This document shows, piece by piece, positions 63,319 to 64,000 of a stretch of 64,000 bases of DNA. A program made the position numbers and the translations under genes. Position 1 is the stretch's first letter, and the number at the start of each line of letters is the position of its first letter. The notes beneath the pieces were generated by a model that had not been told where the DNA came from, did no database searches, and saw only the letters and a program-made list of their open reading frames with translations. Origin of the DNA: an uncultured Verrucomicrobiae bacterium (GTDB lineage: Bacteria; Verrucomicrobiota; Verrucomicrobiia; Chthoniobacterales; JAFAMB01); contig CAWEXO010000011.1 in assembly GCA_963813025.1 (NCBI GenBank), positions 192,001 to 256,000 on the forward strand. The letters are read 5' to 3'.

Positions 63319-63921
63319 TTAACCGTTCATATCTTCGCCCACGACGTAGCGGCTGAACCGGCGAATGACGATATTTTCCCCGACTTCGGAGATCTGCTTG
63401 GAGATCAAGTCTTTGATGGTCTGATCCGGATCTTTGATGAAGGGCTGGTCGAGCAAGCACATGCTGGAGAAAAACTTCTCTAATTTGCCTTCGACAATTT
63501 TTGTTACGACGTTTTCCGGTTTGCCCTTTACCTGGTCTCGATAGATGTCCTTTTCTCGATCGATCACACTTGCCGGCACCTGGTCCCGACTGACATACAT
63601 CGGGTGGGCAGCCGCGATGTGTAGCGTGATGTTTGTGACGAACTCAAGAAACTTTTCGTTCTTCGCAACAAAGTCGGTCTCGCAATTGATCTCGGTCAGC
63701 ACGCCGACCTTGCCATTGAGATGGATGTAGGAAGCAATAACGCCTTCCTTGGCCGACCGACTTGCTTTCTTGGAGGCAGTGGCGATTCCCCTTTTCCGGA
63801 GGATATCCTCGGCCTTGTCGAGATCACCGTCAGATTCGACCAGTGCCCTTTTACAATCCATCATTCCGGCATTGGTTTTTTCCCGGAGTTGTTTAACGAG
63901 AGAAGGATTTACATCAGCCAT
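63319..63921 (-). CDS. tsf: Translation elongation factor Ts (short form)
   Basis: VKQLREKTNAGMMDCKRAL, EINCETDFVA, KIVEGKL, GENIVIRRF. Confidence 0.98.
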   Translation of the reverse strand: MADVNPSLVKQLREKTNAGMMDCKRALVESDGDLDKAEDILRKRGIATASKKASRSAKEGVIASYIHLNGKVGVLTEINCETDFVAKNEKFLEFVTNITLHIAAAHPMYVSRDQVPASVIDREKDIYRDQVKGKPENVVTKIVEGKLEKFFSSMCLLDQPFIKDPDQTIKDLISKQISEVGENIVIRRFSRYVVGEDMNG

Positions 63922-64000
63922 AAACGTCGCTTTCGGCCTCTGCGCGATTTTTGACGACTAGCACACCTCAAGACGAGCGCCGTGTCGGTTTAACCGGCGA

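Overview
Bacterial chromosomal window. Gene content, the short EF-Ts and the intergenic repeat style best fit a soil Verrucomicrobiota (Chthoniobacterales-like) genome; this is inference, not a database result. Many genes are split by single-base indels (cusB, cusA, purL/F/M, MBL hydrolase, propeller protein, urtA, ureC), densest in the first 14 kb, which looks like unpolished long-read error. Contents in order: a CusB/CusA-type metal efflux pair with extra metal-binding domains; an NYN (YacP/Rae1-like) RNase; a purS-Q-L-F-M operon; membrane proteins; two AI-2E transporters around a polymerase-less LigD and a ribose-type ABC importer; a zone of gene fragments; a GC-rich HTH/beta-propeller/DUF899 islet; a compact 11-gene type IV filament (T4P/T2SS-like) operon; a sigma54-preceded urtABCDE-ureDABCEFG cluster that looks Burkholderiales-like; an MFS transporter; two LivJ/K-type binding proteins; and tsf. 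Most spacers carry palindromic REP-like or 9-10-mer periodic hairpin repeats. Several of these supply gene termini (ureD and ureF N-termini, a LivK N-terminus, the ligD stop codon). No rRNA, tRNA, CRISPR array or transposase was recognised.
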